Assembly (NCBI GenBank): GCA_040767085.1 | Contig: JAXGPF010000005.1 | Location: forward strand, 1-64,000 | Origin: Kiritimatiellia bacterium | GTDB taxonomy: Bacteria > Verrucomicrobiota > Kiritimatiellia > JAAZAB01 | DNA length: 64,000 nucleotides | Reading direction: 5' to 3' | Shown here: piece after piece, positions 27,437-37,455 of the stretch | Position numbering within the stretch: the stretch's first letter is position 1 | Layout of the letters: each line of letters begins with the position of its first letter | Program-made: the position numbers and the translations under genes | The notes under the pieces: generated by a model | Database searches by the model: none | Told to the model about the DNA's origin: nothing | The model's input: the letters and a program-made list of their open reading frames with translations, nothing else

Positions 27437-30394
27437 ATGCTGGAAATTCGCGAGACGGCTGGACGAGGCTTGACGTTGGGCGGCAGCGCCGCTAATAATG
27501 CTGCCAGTGATAACCATCGGAATTTAAACGCGGAAGACCATGATTCCGCCGCGGGCGCCCGTCCCCGCAGTCCGCGCAAGGGCGCCGGCAACGGACGCAA
27601 AGCCAAGGCTATGGGTATTGAGATTAAACCTTTATTCACCGTTCCCGACCGCCACCCCTGCGATGCGATCGAATGGGAACACCGCAAGGCCGTGATCAAG
27701 ACGGATAAAGGCGAAGTGGTTTTCGAAGCCGACGACATCGAGGTGCCGAAAAGCTGGTCGATGCTGGCGACCAACGTGGTCGCCTCCAAGTATTTTTACG
27801 GCACGCACGCCACTACGATGCGCGAAAAATCCGTGCGGCAGCTGGTGCATCGCGTGGCGCGCACCATCGCCGATTGGGGCCTGGAGGACGGCTACTTTGC
27901 GACGGCGGACGATGCGGAAGTGTTTTACAAAGAACTGGTGCATATTTGCGTCAATCAATACGCCTCCTTCAACAGCCCGGTCTGGTTCAACGTCGGGCTG
28001 CACCAGGCTTACGGCGTCAGTTCCAACAGCCGTTCCGCCTATTACTGGAACGCCAAGAACGGCCAGATCGAAAAAGCCGAAGACGCCTACAAACACCCTC
28101 AGGCTTCCGCTTGTTTCATCCAATCGGTGGCGGACAACATGGAAGACATCATGCGGCTGGCCAGCGCGGAGGCCATGCTGTTCAAATACGGCTCCGGCAC
28201 CGGCACGGACTTGAGCACCCTGCGCAGCAGCCGCGAAAAACTTTCCGGCGGCGGCACGCCTTCCGGCCCTCTGAGTTTCATGCGGGTGTTCGACCAGGTG
28301 GCGGCGGTGATCAAGTCCGGCGGCAAAACCCGCCGCGCGGCCAAGATGCAAAGCCTCAAGGTGCAGCATCCGGACATCATGGATTTCATCAACTGCAAAG
28401 TGGCAGAGGAGAAAAAGGCGCGGGTGTTGATTCAGTCCGGCTATGACGGCTCCTTCAACGGCGACGCTTATTCCTCGGTGATGTTCCAGAACGCCAACCT
28501 TTCCGTGCGCGTAACGGACGATTTCCTCAACGCCGTGCAGGCCGGCGCCGTCTGGCACACCCGCGCCATCACCACGGGCGACATCGTGGAAGTGCTGGAC
28601 GCGCGGCAGGTCATGCGCAGCATCGCGGAAGCGGCGCATTTCTGCGGCGATCCCGGGCTGCAATACGACACTACGATCAACCGCTGGCACACCTGTCCTA
28701 ACAGCGGCGCGATCAACGCCAGCAATCCCTGTTCGGAATACATGTTCGTGGACAACAGCGCCTGCAACCTGTCTTCGATCAACCTGATGAAATTTTCCGA
28801 CGAGCGCCAGGTGTTCGACATCCGGCAATTCCAGCACGTGGCGCGCATCATGATCATCGCCCAGGAAATCCTGGTGGACCGCGGCAGTTACCCGACGCGC
28901 GAGATCGCGGAAAACTCGCACCGTTTCCGTCCGCTGGGACTGGGCTATGCCAACCTGGGGGCGCTGATCATGAGCCTGGGCCTGCCTTACGACAGCAAGG
29001 ACGGCCGTTCCTTCGCCTCAGCCGTGACCGCCCTGATGACCGGCGCCGCCTACTCCGCTTCGATTGAACTGGCCGGGGTCAAGGGCGCCTTCGACGCATA
29101 TGCCGCCAACCGCGAGCCGTTCAACCGCGTGATCGGCATGCACCGGGACGCCCTGGGACACGTCCCGGCCACTGCCAGCAATGGCCCCATTTTACGGGAA
29201 GCCCAGGCGGTCTGGGAGCATGTGCACGCCGCCGGGCTGGCGCATGACTTCCGCAACGCCCAGGTTACGGTCCTGGCGCCCACGGGCACCATCGGCTTCA
29301 TGATGGACTGCGACACCACGGGCGTCGAGCCCGATATCGCGCTGGTCAAGTATAAACAATTGGCCGGCGGGGGGATGTTCAAAATCGCCAACCAATCGCT
29401 TGCCATGGCGCTCAAGCGCCTGGGCTACACGCCGGCCCAGGTCCAGGCGATCATCGCGCATGTGGATAAAACCGACACCATTGAAGACGCCCCGGACCTG
29501 GACGAAGCGCATCTGCCCGTGTTCGACTGCGCTTTCAAGCCGCGGAACGGCAAGCGCTGCATCAAATACCAGGCCCACCTGCAAATGATGGCGGCGGTAC
29601 AACCCTTCCTTTCCGGCGCCATCAGCAAAACCATCAACATGCCCGGCAACGCCACTGTCGAAGATGTGCTGCAGGCGTACATGGACGGCTGGAAACTGGG
29701 CTTGAAAGCCGTCGCCATCTACCGTGACGGTTCCAAGGGCATCCAGCCGGTCAGCACCGCCCGCGCGGACGAGGCGGCGGTGACCGCGGAAACGCCCGCG
29801 GCGGCCGCCGCCAACAAACCTTTCCGGCGCCGCATGCCGGCGACGCGCCAGTCCATCACGCACAAGTTCGAAGTGGCCGGCCACCAGGGCTACCTGACGG
29901 TCGGCTTGTATGAGGATGGCGCGCCGGGCGAACTATTCATCACCATGGCCAAGGAAGGCAGCACGGTCGGCGGCATCATGGACGCCTTCGGCACGGCGAT
30001 TTCGATGTGCCTGCAATACGGGGTGCCGATCAGCACCCTCATCGACAAGTTCACTCACAGTCGTTTCGAACCCAGCGGATTCACCAAGAACCCGGAAATT
30101 CCGTTTGCCAAGTCGCTGGTGGATTACATTTTCCGCTGGATGGCCATGACTTTCCCCGACGGCCACTCCAAGAACGGGCATTATGCCGCCGCGCCCGTGA
30201 CCGCCGCTGAACCGGCGGCGCCGGAAACGGATGCCGCGGAAAATCCGGCGTCCGCCGCCGCGCCGCGCCTGGACAGCCAGTTCATGCACTTCCAGGAAGA
30301 TGCGCCGGTCTGCGATCAATGCGGCGCCATTACCGTACGCAACGGCACCTGCTACCGCTGCTTCGTCTGCGGCAATTCCATGGGTTGTTCTTGA
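27437..30394 (+). CDS. nrdJ: Vitamin B12-dependent (class II) ribonucleotide reductase
   Basis: FNSPVWFN, QASACF, GGKTRRAAKM, SNPCSEY, ACNL, APTGTI and GAISKT; C-terminal TSCPD-like domain and Cys zinc ribbon. Confidence 0.95.
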   Translation: MLEIRETAGRGLTLGGSAANNAASDNHRNLNAEDHDSAAGARPRSPRKGAGNGRKAKAMGIEIKPLFTVPDRHPCDAIEWEHRKAVIKTDKGEVVFEADDIEVPKSWSMLATNVVASKYFYGTHATTMREKSVRQLVHRVARTIADWGLEDGYFATADDAEVFYKELVHICVNQYASFNSPVWFNVGLHQAYGVSSNSRSAYYWNAKNGQIEKAEDAYKHPQASACFIQSVADNMEDIMRLASAEAMLFKYGSGTGTDLSTLRSSREKLSGGGTPSGPLSFMRVFDQVAAVIKSGGKTRRAAKMQSLKVQHPDIMDFINCKVAEEKKARVLIQSGYDGSFNGDAYSSVMFQNANLSVRVTDDFLNAVQAGAVWHTRAITTGDIVEVLDARQVMRSIAEAAHFCGDPGLQYDTTINRWHTCPNSGAINASNPCSEYMFVDNSACNLSSINLMKFSDERQVFDIRQFQHVARIMIIAQEILVDRGSYPTREIAENSHRFRPLGLGYANLGALIMSLGLPYDSKDGRSFASAVTALMTGAAYSASIELAGVKGAFDAYAANREPFNRVIGMHRDALGHVPATASNGPILREAQAVWEHVHAAGLAHDFRNAQVTVLAPTGTIGFMMDCDTTGVEPDIALVKYKQLAGGGMFKIANQSLAMALKRLGYTPAQVQAIIAHVDKTDTIEDAPDLDEAHLPVFDCAFKPRNGKRCIKYQAHLQMMAAVQPFLSGAISKTINMPGNATVEDVLQAYMDGWKLGLKAVAIYRDGSKGIQPVSTARADEAAVTAETPAAAAANKPFRRRMPATRQSITHKFEVAGHQGYLTVGLYEDGAPGELFITMAKEGSTVGGIMDAFGTAISMCLQYGVPISTLIDKFTHSRFEPSGFTKNPEIPFAKSLVDYIFRWMAMTFPDGHSKNGHYAAAPVTAAEPAAPETDAAENPASAAAPRLDSQFMHFQEDAPVCDQCGAITVRNGTCYRCFVCGNSMGCS

Positions 30395-30441
30395 TACGCA
30401 GCCCCAGCGCGGCCGGCCCCAGGCAGAAAGAATTAAAAAAT

Positions 30442-30951
30442 ATGCGCCGAAAAATCATACTGGGGCTGGCCACGGGCGGCGGCTTGGGATATGCCCCGGT
30501 GGCATCCGGCACGTTTGGCACCTTGCCGGGGCTGTTGCTGATGCTGGCGCTGGCGCCGCTCTGGCGCGAGCCGCGGTTATGGCCCTGGCAAGCCCTGGCA
30601 GCCCTGGCCCTGGCGGCCCTGGCGATCCCCATCTGCGGCGCGGCGGAACGGCACTTTCAGAACAAGGATGACGGCCGCATCGTGGCGGACGAATATCTTA
30701 CCTTTCCCATCGGCCTGTTGGGATTGCCCCTGACAGCCCCGGTGCTGATTCTGGCGTTTTTGACCAACCGGGCGATGGACATTCTCAAGCCGCCGCCGGC
30801 CCGCCGGCTGCAGGACTGTCATGGCGGACTGGGAATTGTGATTGACGATTGCATTGCGGCGTTTTACAGTCTTTGGATAAATCACTTGCTATGGCGGCTG
30901 TGGCAGGTTTTGCGCATAGATGAAATTATCCATTGTCATACCGGTTTATAA
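30442..30951 (+). CDS. pgpA: Phosphatidylglycerophosphatase A
   Basis: [30 protein letters not shown] and GGLGIVIDD. Confidence 0.92.
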   Translation: MRRKIILGLATGGGLGYAPVASGTFGTLPGLLLMLALAPLWREPRLWPWQALAALALAALAIPICGAAERHFQNKDDGRIVADEYLTFPIGLLGLPLTAPVLILAFLTNRAMDILKPPPARRLQDCHGGLGIVIDDCIAAFYSLWINHLLWRLWQVLRIDEIIHCHTGL

Positions 30952-31618
30952 TGAAGTCCACACCCTGGAACCATTGCTGCAGGCGGTGCGCGATGCGCCT
31001 GTCGCGCTCCCCCGGGAAATCATCGTGGTGGACGACGGTTCCACTGACGGCACGCGGGAATTGATGCGGCGACAGCCGGCGGATATCCGGTGTTTTTACC
31101 ACGAACGCAATCAGGGCAAAGGCGCGGCCTTGCGCACCGGCTTTGGGGCGGCCGGCGGCGACATCGTACTGATCCAGGACGCCGACCTGGAATACAATCC
31201 GCGGGACTACCCGGTCTTGCTGGCGCCCATTCTGCAAGGCCACGCCGACGCGGTTTACGGCTCGCGTTTTCTCGGCGGCCCGCACCGGGTGGTTTTTTAC
31301 TGGCATTACCTGGGCAACCGCTTCCTGACCATGCTGTCCAACATGTTCACCAACCTGAACCTGACGGATGTTGAGGTCTGCTACAAGGTTTTCCGCCGGG
31401 AAGTCCTGCAGGGCCTGGTCCTTCAGGAAAAACGCTTCGGGATCGAGGTGGAACTCACCGCCAAAATCGCCCACAAATCCTGGCGGATTTACGAAGTGCC
31501 GGTCAGCTATTACGGCCGCGATTATTCCGAAGGCAAAAAAATCACCTGGCACGACGGCGTGGCGGCGTTCTGGTGCATCGTCAAATACAATGCCCGTGAA
31601 ATCCTGGGAGGCGACTAG
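30920..31618 (+). CDS. Glycosyltransferase family 2 (polyprenol-phosphate glycosyltransferase-like)
   Basis: [32 protein letters not shown] and YGSRF. Confidence 0.92.
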   Translation: MKLSIVIPVYNEVHTLEPLLQAVRDAPVALPREIIVVDDGSTDGTRELMRRQPADIRCFYHERNQGKGAALRTGFGAAGGDIVLIQDADLEYNPRDYPVLLAPILQGHADAVYGSRFLGGPHRVVFYWHYLGNRFLTMLSNMFTNLNLTDVEVCYKVFRREVLQGLVLQEKRFGIEVELTAKIAHKSWRIYEVPVSYYGRDYSEGKKITWHDGVAAFWCIVKYNAREILGGD

Positions 31619-31627
31619 CCCTACACC

Positions 31628-33043
31628 ATGCGCGCCAGAGATACATTCGATGTGCTGGCCAGTTGCCTGGCGGTGGGCGGCGACGCCCTGGCGGTATTCG
31701 CCGGCTTCATACTGGCCACCTGGATCAGGTTCGACAGCGGCTGGATTCCGCTGTTCCATGACAAGCCCCCGGCGCAACTTTACACCATGTACACCGGCGG
31801 CGCGGTGGTGACCACCCTGGTCATACTCTTCGCCTTTCAATCTCTGAAACTTTACGTCCGCCCGCAAATTGGCGACTTCGCCGGCCGCATACCCCGCCTG
31901 ATCCGCGGGGTGATCACCGGCATCGTCATCGCCATTGCCCTGACCTTCATGGTGCGCACCAAGCCGGAATTTGCGCGCATGGTCGCCTTTCTGGCCATCC
32001 CCACCATCAGCCTGAGCGTCCTGGTCGAGCGCTGGCTGCTTTTCCACTGGGAAATCCGCCTGGCCCGGCGCCGCCGGGCGGTCAACCGTGTGATCCTCCT
32101 CGGCACCGACGCAATTGCCGCCCGGCTGCGCCAAGCCTTGCAGCGCGAGCCGCGCCTGCGCTCGGAAGTGGTGGCCTGCCTGAAAATCGGCGAAGCCCCA
32201 ATCCATCCCGACATCCCTCCCGACCTGGTCAAAGGCACGCTCGAGGAAACGCGGGGCTTCCTGGAAAGCCACCTGGCCGACCAGGTGATTCTGACGGAAA
32301 CCAGCATCGGCCATGACCAGATGCTGGAACTGCTGCTGTTGTGCGAACAGAATCTGGTGGTCTTCAATATCGTGCCTGACCTCTTCCGTATCATGACCAA
32401 CAGCGTGGATTTGCGCATCATCGATGATATTCCCCTGCTGGGAGTCAGCCGCTGGCCGCTCGACCGTTTCTGGAACCGGCTTTTAAAGCGCTTGGAGGAT
32501 GTGTTCGGCGCCACCCTGGGGCTGGCGGTAACCGCGCCGCTGATGCTGCTGATTGCCGCGGCCATCCGCCGCGATTCGCCCGGGCCCGTGCTTTTCCGCC
32601 AGGAACGCTGCGGCGAACAGGGGCGGGTGTTCCAACTCTACAAGTTCCGCACCATGCGCCCGGATGCCGAGGCGGCGACCGGCCCGGTCTGGGCCGTGGC
32701 CGATGATCCGCGGCGCACGCGCCTCGGCGCCTGGCTGCGGCGGAACAACCTGGATGAACTGCCGCAGTTATGGAACGTGCTCAAAGGGGAAATGAGCCTG
32801 GTGGGTCCACGGCCCGAACGGCCGTGTTTCGTGGAGCAATTCAAGGAGGACATCAGCCGGTACATGTGGCGGCACGTCTCCAAGCCCGGCCTGACCGGCT
32901 GGGCGCAGGTCAACGGCTTGCGGGGCAACACCGACATCCGCGAACGGGTCAAATACGACCTGTACTACCTGGAAAACTGGTCCCTGGCGTTCGATTTTAA
33001 AATCCTGATGAGAACCATCCACTGCCGCAAAAACGCCTACTGA
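31628..33043 (+). CDS. Undecaprenyl-phosphate sugar phosphotransferase (WcaJ-like)
   Basis: N-terminal TM helices; [38 protein letters not shown] and DLYY. Confidence 0.92.
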   Translation: MRARDTFDVLASCLAVGGDALAVFAGFILATWIRFDSGWIPLFHDKPPAQLYTMYTGGAVVTTLVILFAFQSLKLYVRPQIGDFAGRIPRLIRGVITGIVIAIALTFMVRTKPEFARMVAFLAIPTISLSVLVERWLLFHWEIRLARRRRAVNRVILLGTDAIAARLRQALQREPRLRSEVVACLKIGEAPIHPDIPPDLVKGTLEETRGFLESHLADQVILTETSIGHDQMLELLLLCEQNLVVFNIVPDLFRIMTNSVDLRIIDDIPLLGVSRWPLDRFWNRLLKRLEDVFGATLGLAVTAPLMLLIAAAIRRDSPGPVLFRQERCGEQGRVFQLYKFRTMRPDAEAATGPVWAVADDPRRTRLGAWLRRNNLDELPQLWNVLKGEMSLVGPRPERPCFVEQFKEDISRYMWRHVSKPGLTGWAQVNGLRGNTDIRERVKYDLYYLENWSLAFDFKILMRTIHCRKNAY

Positions 33044-33069
33044 CCAGGTTGCTGGGAGCGTGAATCGAA

Positions 33070-33516
33070 ATGGAAAACCTCTGGCACAATCCAACCTTCT
33101 GGGCCGCATTATGCGGCTGGGTGGTGGCCCAACTCACCAAAATGATGTGTTTTTTCGCCGTCACCCGGCGCATCAAGCCCAGTTACCTGGTCAGCACCGG
33201 CGGCATGCCCAGCGCGCATTCCGCCATGGCAACGGCCCTGGCCACTTCCGTCGGCATTCGTTGCGGCATAGGCGCACCGCTGTTCGCCGTGACACTGGCG
33301 TTCGCCATCGTGGTAATGTTTGACGCGCAAAGCGTCCGCCGCGCCGCCGGCATTCAGGCGCGCATTATCAACCAGATGATTGACGAACTTTTCAAAAATC
33401 ACCGTCTTTCCGAAAAGCGGCTGGTGGAATTGCTGGGGCACACCCGACTGGAAGTTTTGACAGGGCTGCTGATGGGCATCCTGTCCGCCATGCTCGTCCA
33501 CGGGCTCATGGGCTGA
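33070..33516 (+). CDS. Divergent PAP2 family (DUF212) membrane protein
   Basis: GGMPSAHSA, VMFDA..VRRAAG and ELLGHT. Confidence 0.92.
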   Translation: MENLWHNPTFWAALCGWVVAQLTKMMCFFAVTRRIKPSYLVSTGGMPSAHSAMATALATSVGIRCGIGAPLFAVTLAFAIVVMFDAQSVRRAAGIQARIINQMIDELFKNHRLSEKRLVELLGHTRLEVLTGLLMGILSAMLVHGLMG

Positions 33517-34345
33517 GGCGCCCGATACGCCGGCGGTGCGCCAGCGCCGGCAGGCAACTCCGCGCCCGCTGCAAAGTCTCCGGCAGGAGCGTCGCGCTGA
33601 CGAATCCCTCCCGCGCGCCGCCATCCGCCAGCACGCGTCCCCAGGGATCCACCGCCAGGCTATGCCCGTAGGCGGCGACGCCGTCGGCCGGATTGGCGCC
33701 GCACTGGTTGGGCGCCAGCACATAAGCTTGATTTTCGATGGCGCGCGCGCGCAGCAAAACCTCCCAGTGCGCGCGCCCGGTGGCGCGCGTGAAGTTGGCC
33801 GGCACGCACAGCATATGCGCACCCGCTGCGGCGTAGCACCGGAACAATTCCGGGAAACGCAAGTCGTAGCAGACGGACATCCCGCACAGCCAGCCTTCAA
33901 TCCGCGCCAGCACGGGCCGCGCTCCAGGCGTGTACACGGAGCTTTCCCGCACGGCGCGCCCGCCGGGCAACTGCGCGTCAAAGAGATGAATTTTACGGTA
34001 GCGGGCCGCCAACCGGCCCCGGCGGTCGAACAGCAAACTGGTGTTGTAAACCCGCGCGTGTTCCTTCTCCGCCAGGCTGCCGGCCAGCACCCAGGCGCGC
34101 CGGCGGCGCGCCCATCCCGCCGCCCAGGCGCACCAGGCGCCGGGCACGGCTTCCGCGGCGGCGCGTTGGACGGCCGGCGCGGCGCGCAACGCGAAACATT
34201 CCGGCAGGAGCAGCAGGTCGGCCGGCGGGGCCGCGGCGAGCAATTCGTCCAAACGCCGTAAATTCGCCGCCGGATCGTCGCCGGCGGCATTCTGCACCAG
34301 GCTTACCCGCAGCGGGCGCCGCGGCTCTGGCAAAACATCACGCAT
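33506..34345 (-). CDS. Carbon-nitrogen hydrolase (Nit1-like amidase)
   Basis: Triad motifs LPE, YRKIHLFD and VCYDLRFPE; HWEVLLRARAIENQ; DPWG. Confidence 0.9.
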   Translation of the reverse strand: MRDVLPEPRRPLRVSLVQNAAGDDPAANLRRLDELLAAAPPADLLLLPECFALRAAPAVQRAAAEAVPGAWCAWAAGWARRRRAWVLAGSLAEKEHARVYNTSLLFDRRGRLAARYRKIHLFDAQLPGGRAVRESSVYTPGARPVLARIEGWLCGMSVCYDLRFPELFRCYAAAGAHMLCVPANFTRATGRAHWEVLLRARAIENQAYVLAPNQCGANPADGVAAYGHSLAVDPWGRVLADGGAREGFVSATLLPETLQRARSCLPALAHRRRIGRLSP

Positions 34346-34371
34346 GGCGGAACATGCCCAAAAACCGGGAG

Positions 34372-34407
34372 AAAAAAAGGGCCGCGCCCGTCGCCGGGGC
34401 GGCCCTT
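34372..34407 (-). terminator. Rho-independent terminator of the HU gene
   Basis: AAGGGCCGC...GCGGCCCTT stem followed by a T-run on the minus strand. Confidence 0.75.
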
Positions 34408-34431
34408 GTCCGATAAGGTTCGCTGCAATTT

Positions 34432-34716
34432 TCAACCAAGCACTGCATCCTTGGCCGCTTTGGCAATCCGGAATTTCAGCACGCGTTTAGCCTTGATCTT
34501 GATGGTCTCGCCCGTCGCCGGGTTGCGGCCCATGCGCGCCTTACGGTTGACGATCACCAGCTTGCCCAAGCCGGGAATGGTAAAACCGTTCTTGGCTTCC
34601 TTGCACGCCATGGTCACCAGCGTCTCCAGCATCATTGCCGCCTGCTTCTTGGTGATCTCCGTCTTCTCCGCCAATTCCGCGACGATCTGACTTTTGGTTT
34701 TCGCTTTGCCTGCCAT
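34432..34716 (-). CDS. HU family DNA-binding protein
   Basis: TKSQIVAELAEK, IPGLGK and RKARMGRNPATGETIKI. Confidence 0.95.
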   Translation of the reverse strand: MAGKAKTKSQIVAELAEKTEITKKQAAMMLETLVTMACKEAKNGFTIPGLGKLVIVNRKARMGRNPATGETIKIKAKRVLKFRIAKAAKDAVLG

Positions 34717-34854
34717 GGAGCATCTCCTTTGGTTGGTTAAACAAACAAGGTCAAGGGCTGCCCAGCACCTTTACTTGGCATACATATATTGAGTTTTCTA
34801 GAAAAAAGCAAATAAATTCTTCACCTTTTTTGAAGACCGGGCCCGGCGCGCGTT

Positions 34855-35826
34855 TTAAAGAATTTTGAACTTCGGCAAATCCTGGATATCCACCAGGCCG
34901 ATCAACCGTCCATCCGCGTCCACCACCAGCAAATCGTCAATATTGTGCTCTTCGTACAATTTCAGCGCCGCCACCGCCAGGTCGTCCCCGCGCACGGTCA
35001 ACGGATGCGCGGTCATCACCTCGCATACCCGGCGCGACGGCAGGTCCGCCGCCTCGCCGATCAGCCGGCGCAAATCGCCGTCGGTGAAAATTCCCGCCGC
35101 CCGCCCCGCGTCATCCACCACGCCCACGGAACCCGAACGCGCGCGGGTCATGGCCAGGATGGCGTCCTTGAGTGTAGCCTGCAACGGGACGGCGGCCAGG
35201 CGTTCGCCCGCGCGCATGATGTCCGCCACGCGCAGCAGCAGCGCCCGTCCGATGGCGCCGCCGGGATGCAGCTTGGCGAAATCCTCGCGTTTAAAACCGC
35301 GCGCCTCCAGCAACACGATCGCCAGGGCGTCGCCCACGGCCAGCATCGCGGTCGTGCTGGCCGTCGGCGCCATGTTAAACGGACAAGCTTCGCGCGCTAC
35401 CCGCATAACGACAACCGCATCGCTCAGCCGCGCCAGCGCGCTTTCCGGCATGCCCGTCAGGGCCACGATCCCGGCCCCCTGCCGGCGCACCACGGGCAGC
35501 ATTTCCAGCAGTTCTCCGGACTCGCCGGAAAAGCTCAACCCCAGCAGCACGTCGTGCCGGTTGAGGATACCGATATCGCCATGCATGGCCTGCGCCGGAT
35601 GAATGGCCACACTGGGCGACCCCGTGCTGGCCAGCGTCGCCGCGATTTTCTGCCCCACCAGAAAACTCTTGCCGACGCCGGCCACCACGATTTTGCCGCC
35701 ATCCGCCAGACGCTGCAGCATCAACTCCGCCGCGCGGCTGAACCCGACATCCAGATTATCGCTGACCCGCTGCAGTTCCTCGATTTCGATCTGCAGGACA
35801 TTGCGGGCCCGTTCCAGGATTTTCAT
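34855..35826 (-). CDS. kdsD: Arabinose-5-phosphate isomerase (KpsF/GutQ family; SIS domain plus 2 CBS)
   Basis: GVGKS, TLASTG, HGDIG, APTASTT, HPGGAIG and GIFTDGDLRR. Confidence 0.92.
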   Translation of the reverse strand: MKILERARNVLQIEIEELQRVSDNLDVGFSRAAELMLQRLADGGKIVVAGVGKSFLVGQKIAATLASTGSPSVAIHPAQAMHGDIGILNRHDVLLGLSFSGESGELLEMLPVVRRQGAGIVALTGMPESALARLSDAVVVMRVAREACPFNMAPTASTTAMLAVGDALAIVLLEARGFKREDFAKLHPGGAIGRALLLRVADIMRAGERLAAVPLQATLKDAILAMTRARSGSVGVVDDAGRAAGIFTDGDLRRLIGEAADLPSRRVCEVMTAHPLTVRGDDLAVAALKLYEEHNIDDLLVVDADGRLIGLVDIQDLPKFKIL

Positions 35827-35982
35827 AGCTTGTATTTCCTCCGCGCGGCGGCCAGCCGCACGCCTGCCGCCGGCGCGCGCGGTTGGAAGCATACTACGCC
35901 AAGCCGGCCGGCAAAGCAAGCTTTCGGAATTCCCGCGGCGGGCAGTTTAAATTTGACCGGCCGGACACATCCCCGAAAAACC

Positions 35983-37368
35983 TGTCGTAAACAAATGACT
36001 TGGCCGCATAATTAACAAATGATTTGTCCGCTTAAAGCTGTCAGGATGGTGCATTCAAAGGGGGGTTATATGGATGAATATCCGAAGGCAGCACTGGAGC
36101 GGGCAATGAAGGTACAGGAAGTGATCTTGCGTGCGATTGAAGGGCGGTTAATGTGGTGGGAGGCGGCGGAGATACTAGGTGTGAGCTACCGGACCATGCG
36201 GCGCTGGAAAGGGCGCTACGAGCGGTATGGTTACGACGGGCTGCTGGATCGTCGGCGGAAGATACCGGGGCCGCGGCGCGTGCCCCTTGCGACGGTGAAG
36301 CAGGTGCTGAGGTTGTACCGAGAAGAATACATGGATTTCAATGTGAGGCATTTTCACGAGAAGCTGCAGGCGGAGCATGGGATCGAGCTCAGTTATCAGT
36401 GGGTCAAGAGCGCCTTGCAGACGGCCGGGTTGGTGGCGAAGGCCCGGAAACGAGGGCCGCATCGGCAGCAGCGGGAACGGCGACCAATGGCGGGGATGAT
36501 GTTGATGGTGGATGGCAGCACCCATGCCTGGTTGCCCCTGCTGGCGGGCCAGAAGCAGGATCTGATCCTGGTGATGGACGATGCCACCAGCGAAGTCTAC
36601 ACGGCCTATCTTGTGCCCCAGGAAGGGACATTAACGGTGATGAAGGGGTTGAAAGAAGTCATTATTAAACATGGGGTTTTCTGCAGTCTGTACACGGATC
36701 GTGGCAGTCATTTCTTTTATACGCCCAAAGAAGGCGGGGCGGTGGACCGGCGTCAATTGACGCAAATTGGACGGGCGTTGCAACAGTTGGGGATCGAACA
36801 TATTCCGAGCTATAGCCCCCAGGGACGTGGGCGAATAGAGCGGATGTTTAAGACCTGGCAAGGGCGCCTGCCGCAGGAATTAAGGCAGGCGGGAATCCGG
36901 ACGATGGCCGAGGCCAACGTCTATATTCAACAACAGTTTCTGCCTTCCTTCAATCGCAACATGAAGGTGAAGGCGCGGGAAACAGGAACGTGTTTCGTGC
37001 CTTGCGGTGAGCAGGATTTGGACAGCATTTTCTGTGTGCAGCATGCGCGAGAGGTTCAAAATGACAATACCGTGGCTGTCGGGAGTCGCCGCTTGCAGAT
37101 TGGACCATCAAAATGGCGTTTCAGCTTCGCCAAGTGCCGGGTTAAAGTCTGCGAGCACCTCGATGGCACGGTGTCCATCCGTTATGGCCCGCATGTGGTT
37201 GGCCGCTACCAAGGACCGTTGAACATTTCGGCGTCGCTGGAGGACGTCGCATAAACTTTTTCCTCCCCCGCGGGGGAGGAAAATCCTCACCCCAGGAGCA
37301 ACAACACACAATAACAAATCGGACAGATCACTTGTTACAAAAAGCGGACACTTGACTTGTTACGAACA
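35983..37368 (+). mobile_element. IS1202/ISNCY-type insertion sequence (1386 bp) with a 15-bp target duplication
   Basis: TGT...ACA ends with imperfect, doubled end repeats; CATCCCCGAAAAACC flanks both sides (35968-35982 and 37369-37383). Confidence 0.88.
36070..37254 (+). CDS. DDE transposase (rve-type; IS1202/IS481-related)
   Basis: N-terminal HTH; VDGSTHAW, DDATS, YTDRGSHF and SPQGRGRIER...TWQGRL. Confidence 0.92.
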   Translation: MDEYPKAALERAMKVQEVILRAIEGRLMWWEAAEILGVSYRTMRRWKGRYERYGYDGLLDRRRKIPGPRRVPLATVKQVLRLYREEYMDFNVRHFHEKLQAEHGIELSYQWVKSALQTAGLVAKARKRGPHRQQRERRPMAGMMLMVDGSTHAWLPLLAGQKQDLILVMDDATSEVYTAYLVPQEGTLTVMKGLKEVIIKHGVFCSLYTDRGSHFFYTPKEGGAVDRRQLTQIGRALQQLGIEHIPSYSPQGRGRIERMFKTWQGRLPQELRQAGIRTMAEANVYIQQQFLPSFNRNMKVKARETGTCFVPCGEQDLDSIFCVQHAREVQNDNTVAVGSRRLQIGPSKWRFSFAKCRVKVCEHLDGTVSIRYGPHVVGRYQGPLNISASLEDVA

Positions 37369-37455
37369 CATCCCCGAAAAACCTTGCCAACTTCCCGGCA
37401 ATCCGGCATGATTTAATTTCCATTTGGGAACCGAATAACCGCGCGAACCAGTCTG

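Noticed and set aside
30926-32314. 462-aa minus-strand ORF
   Set aside because: Antisense shadow of the GT2 and WcaJ-like genes
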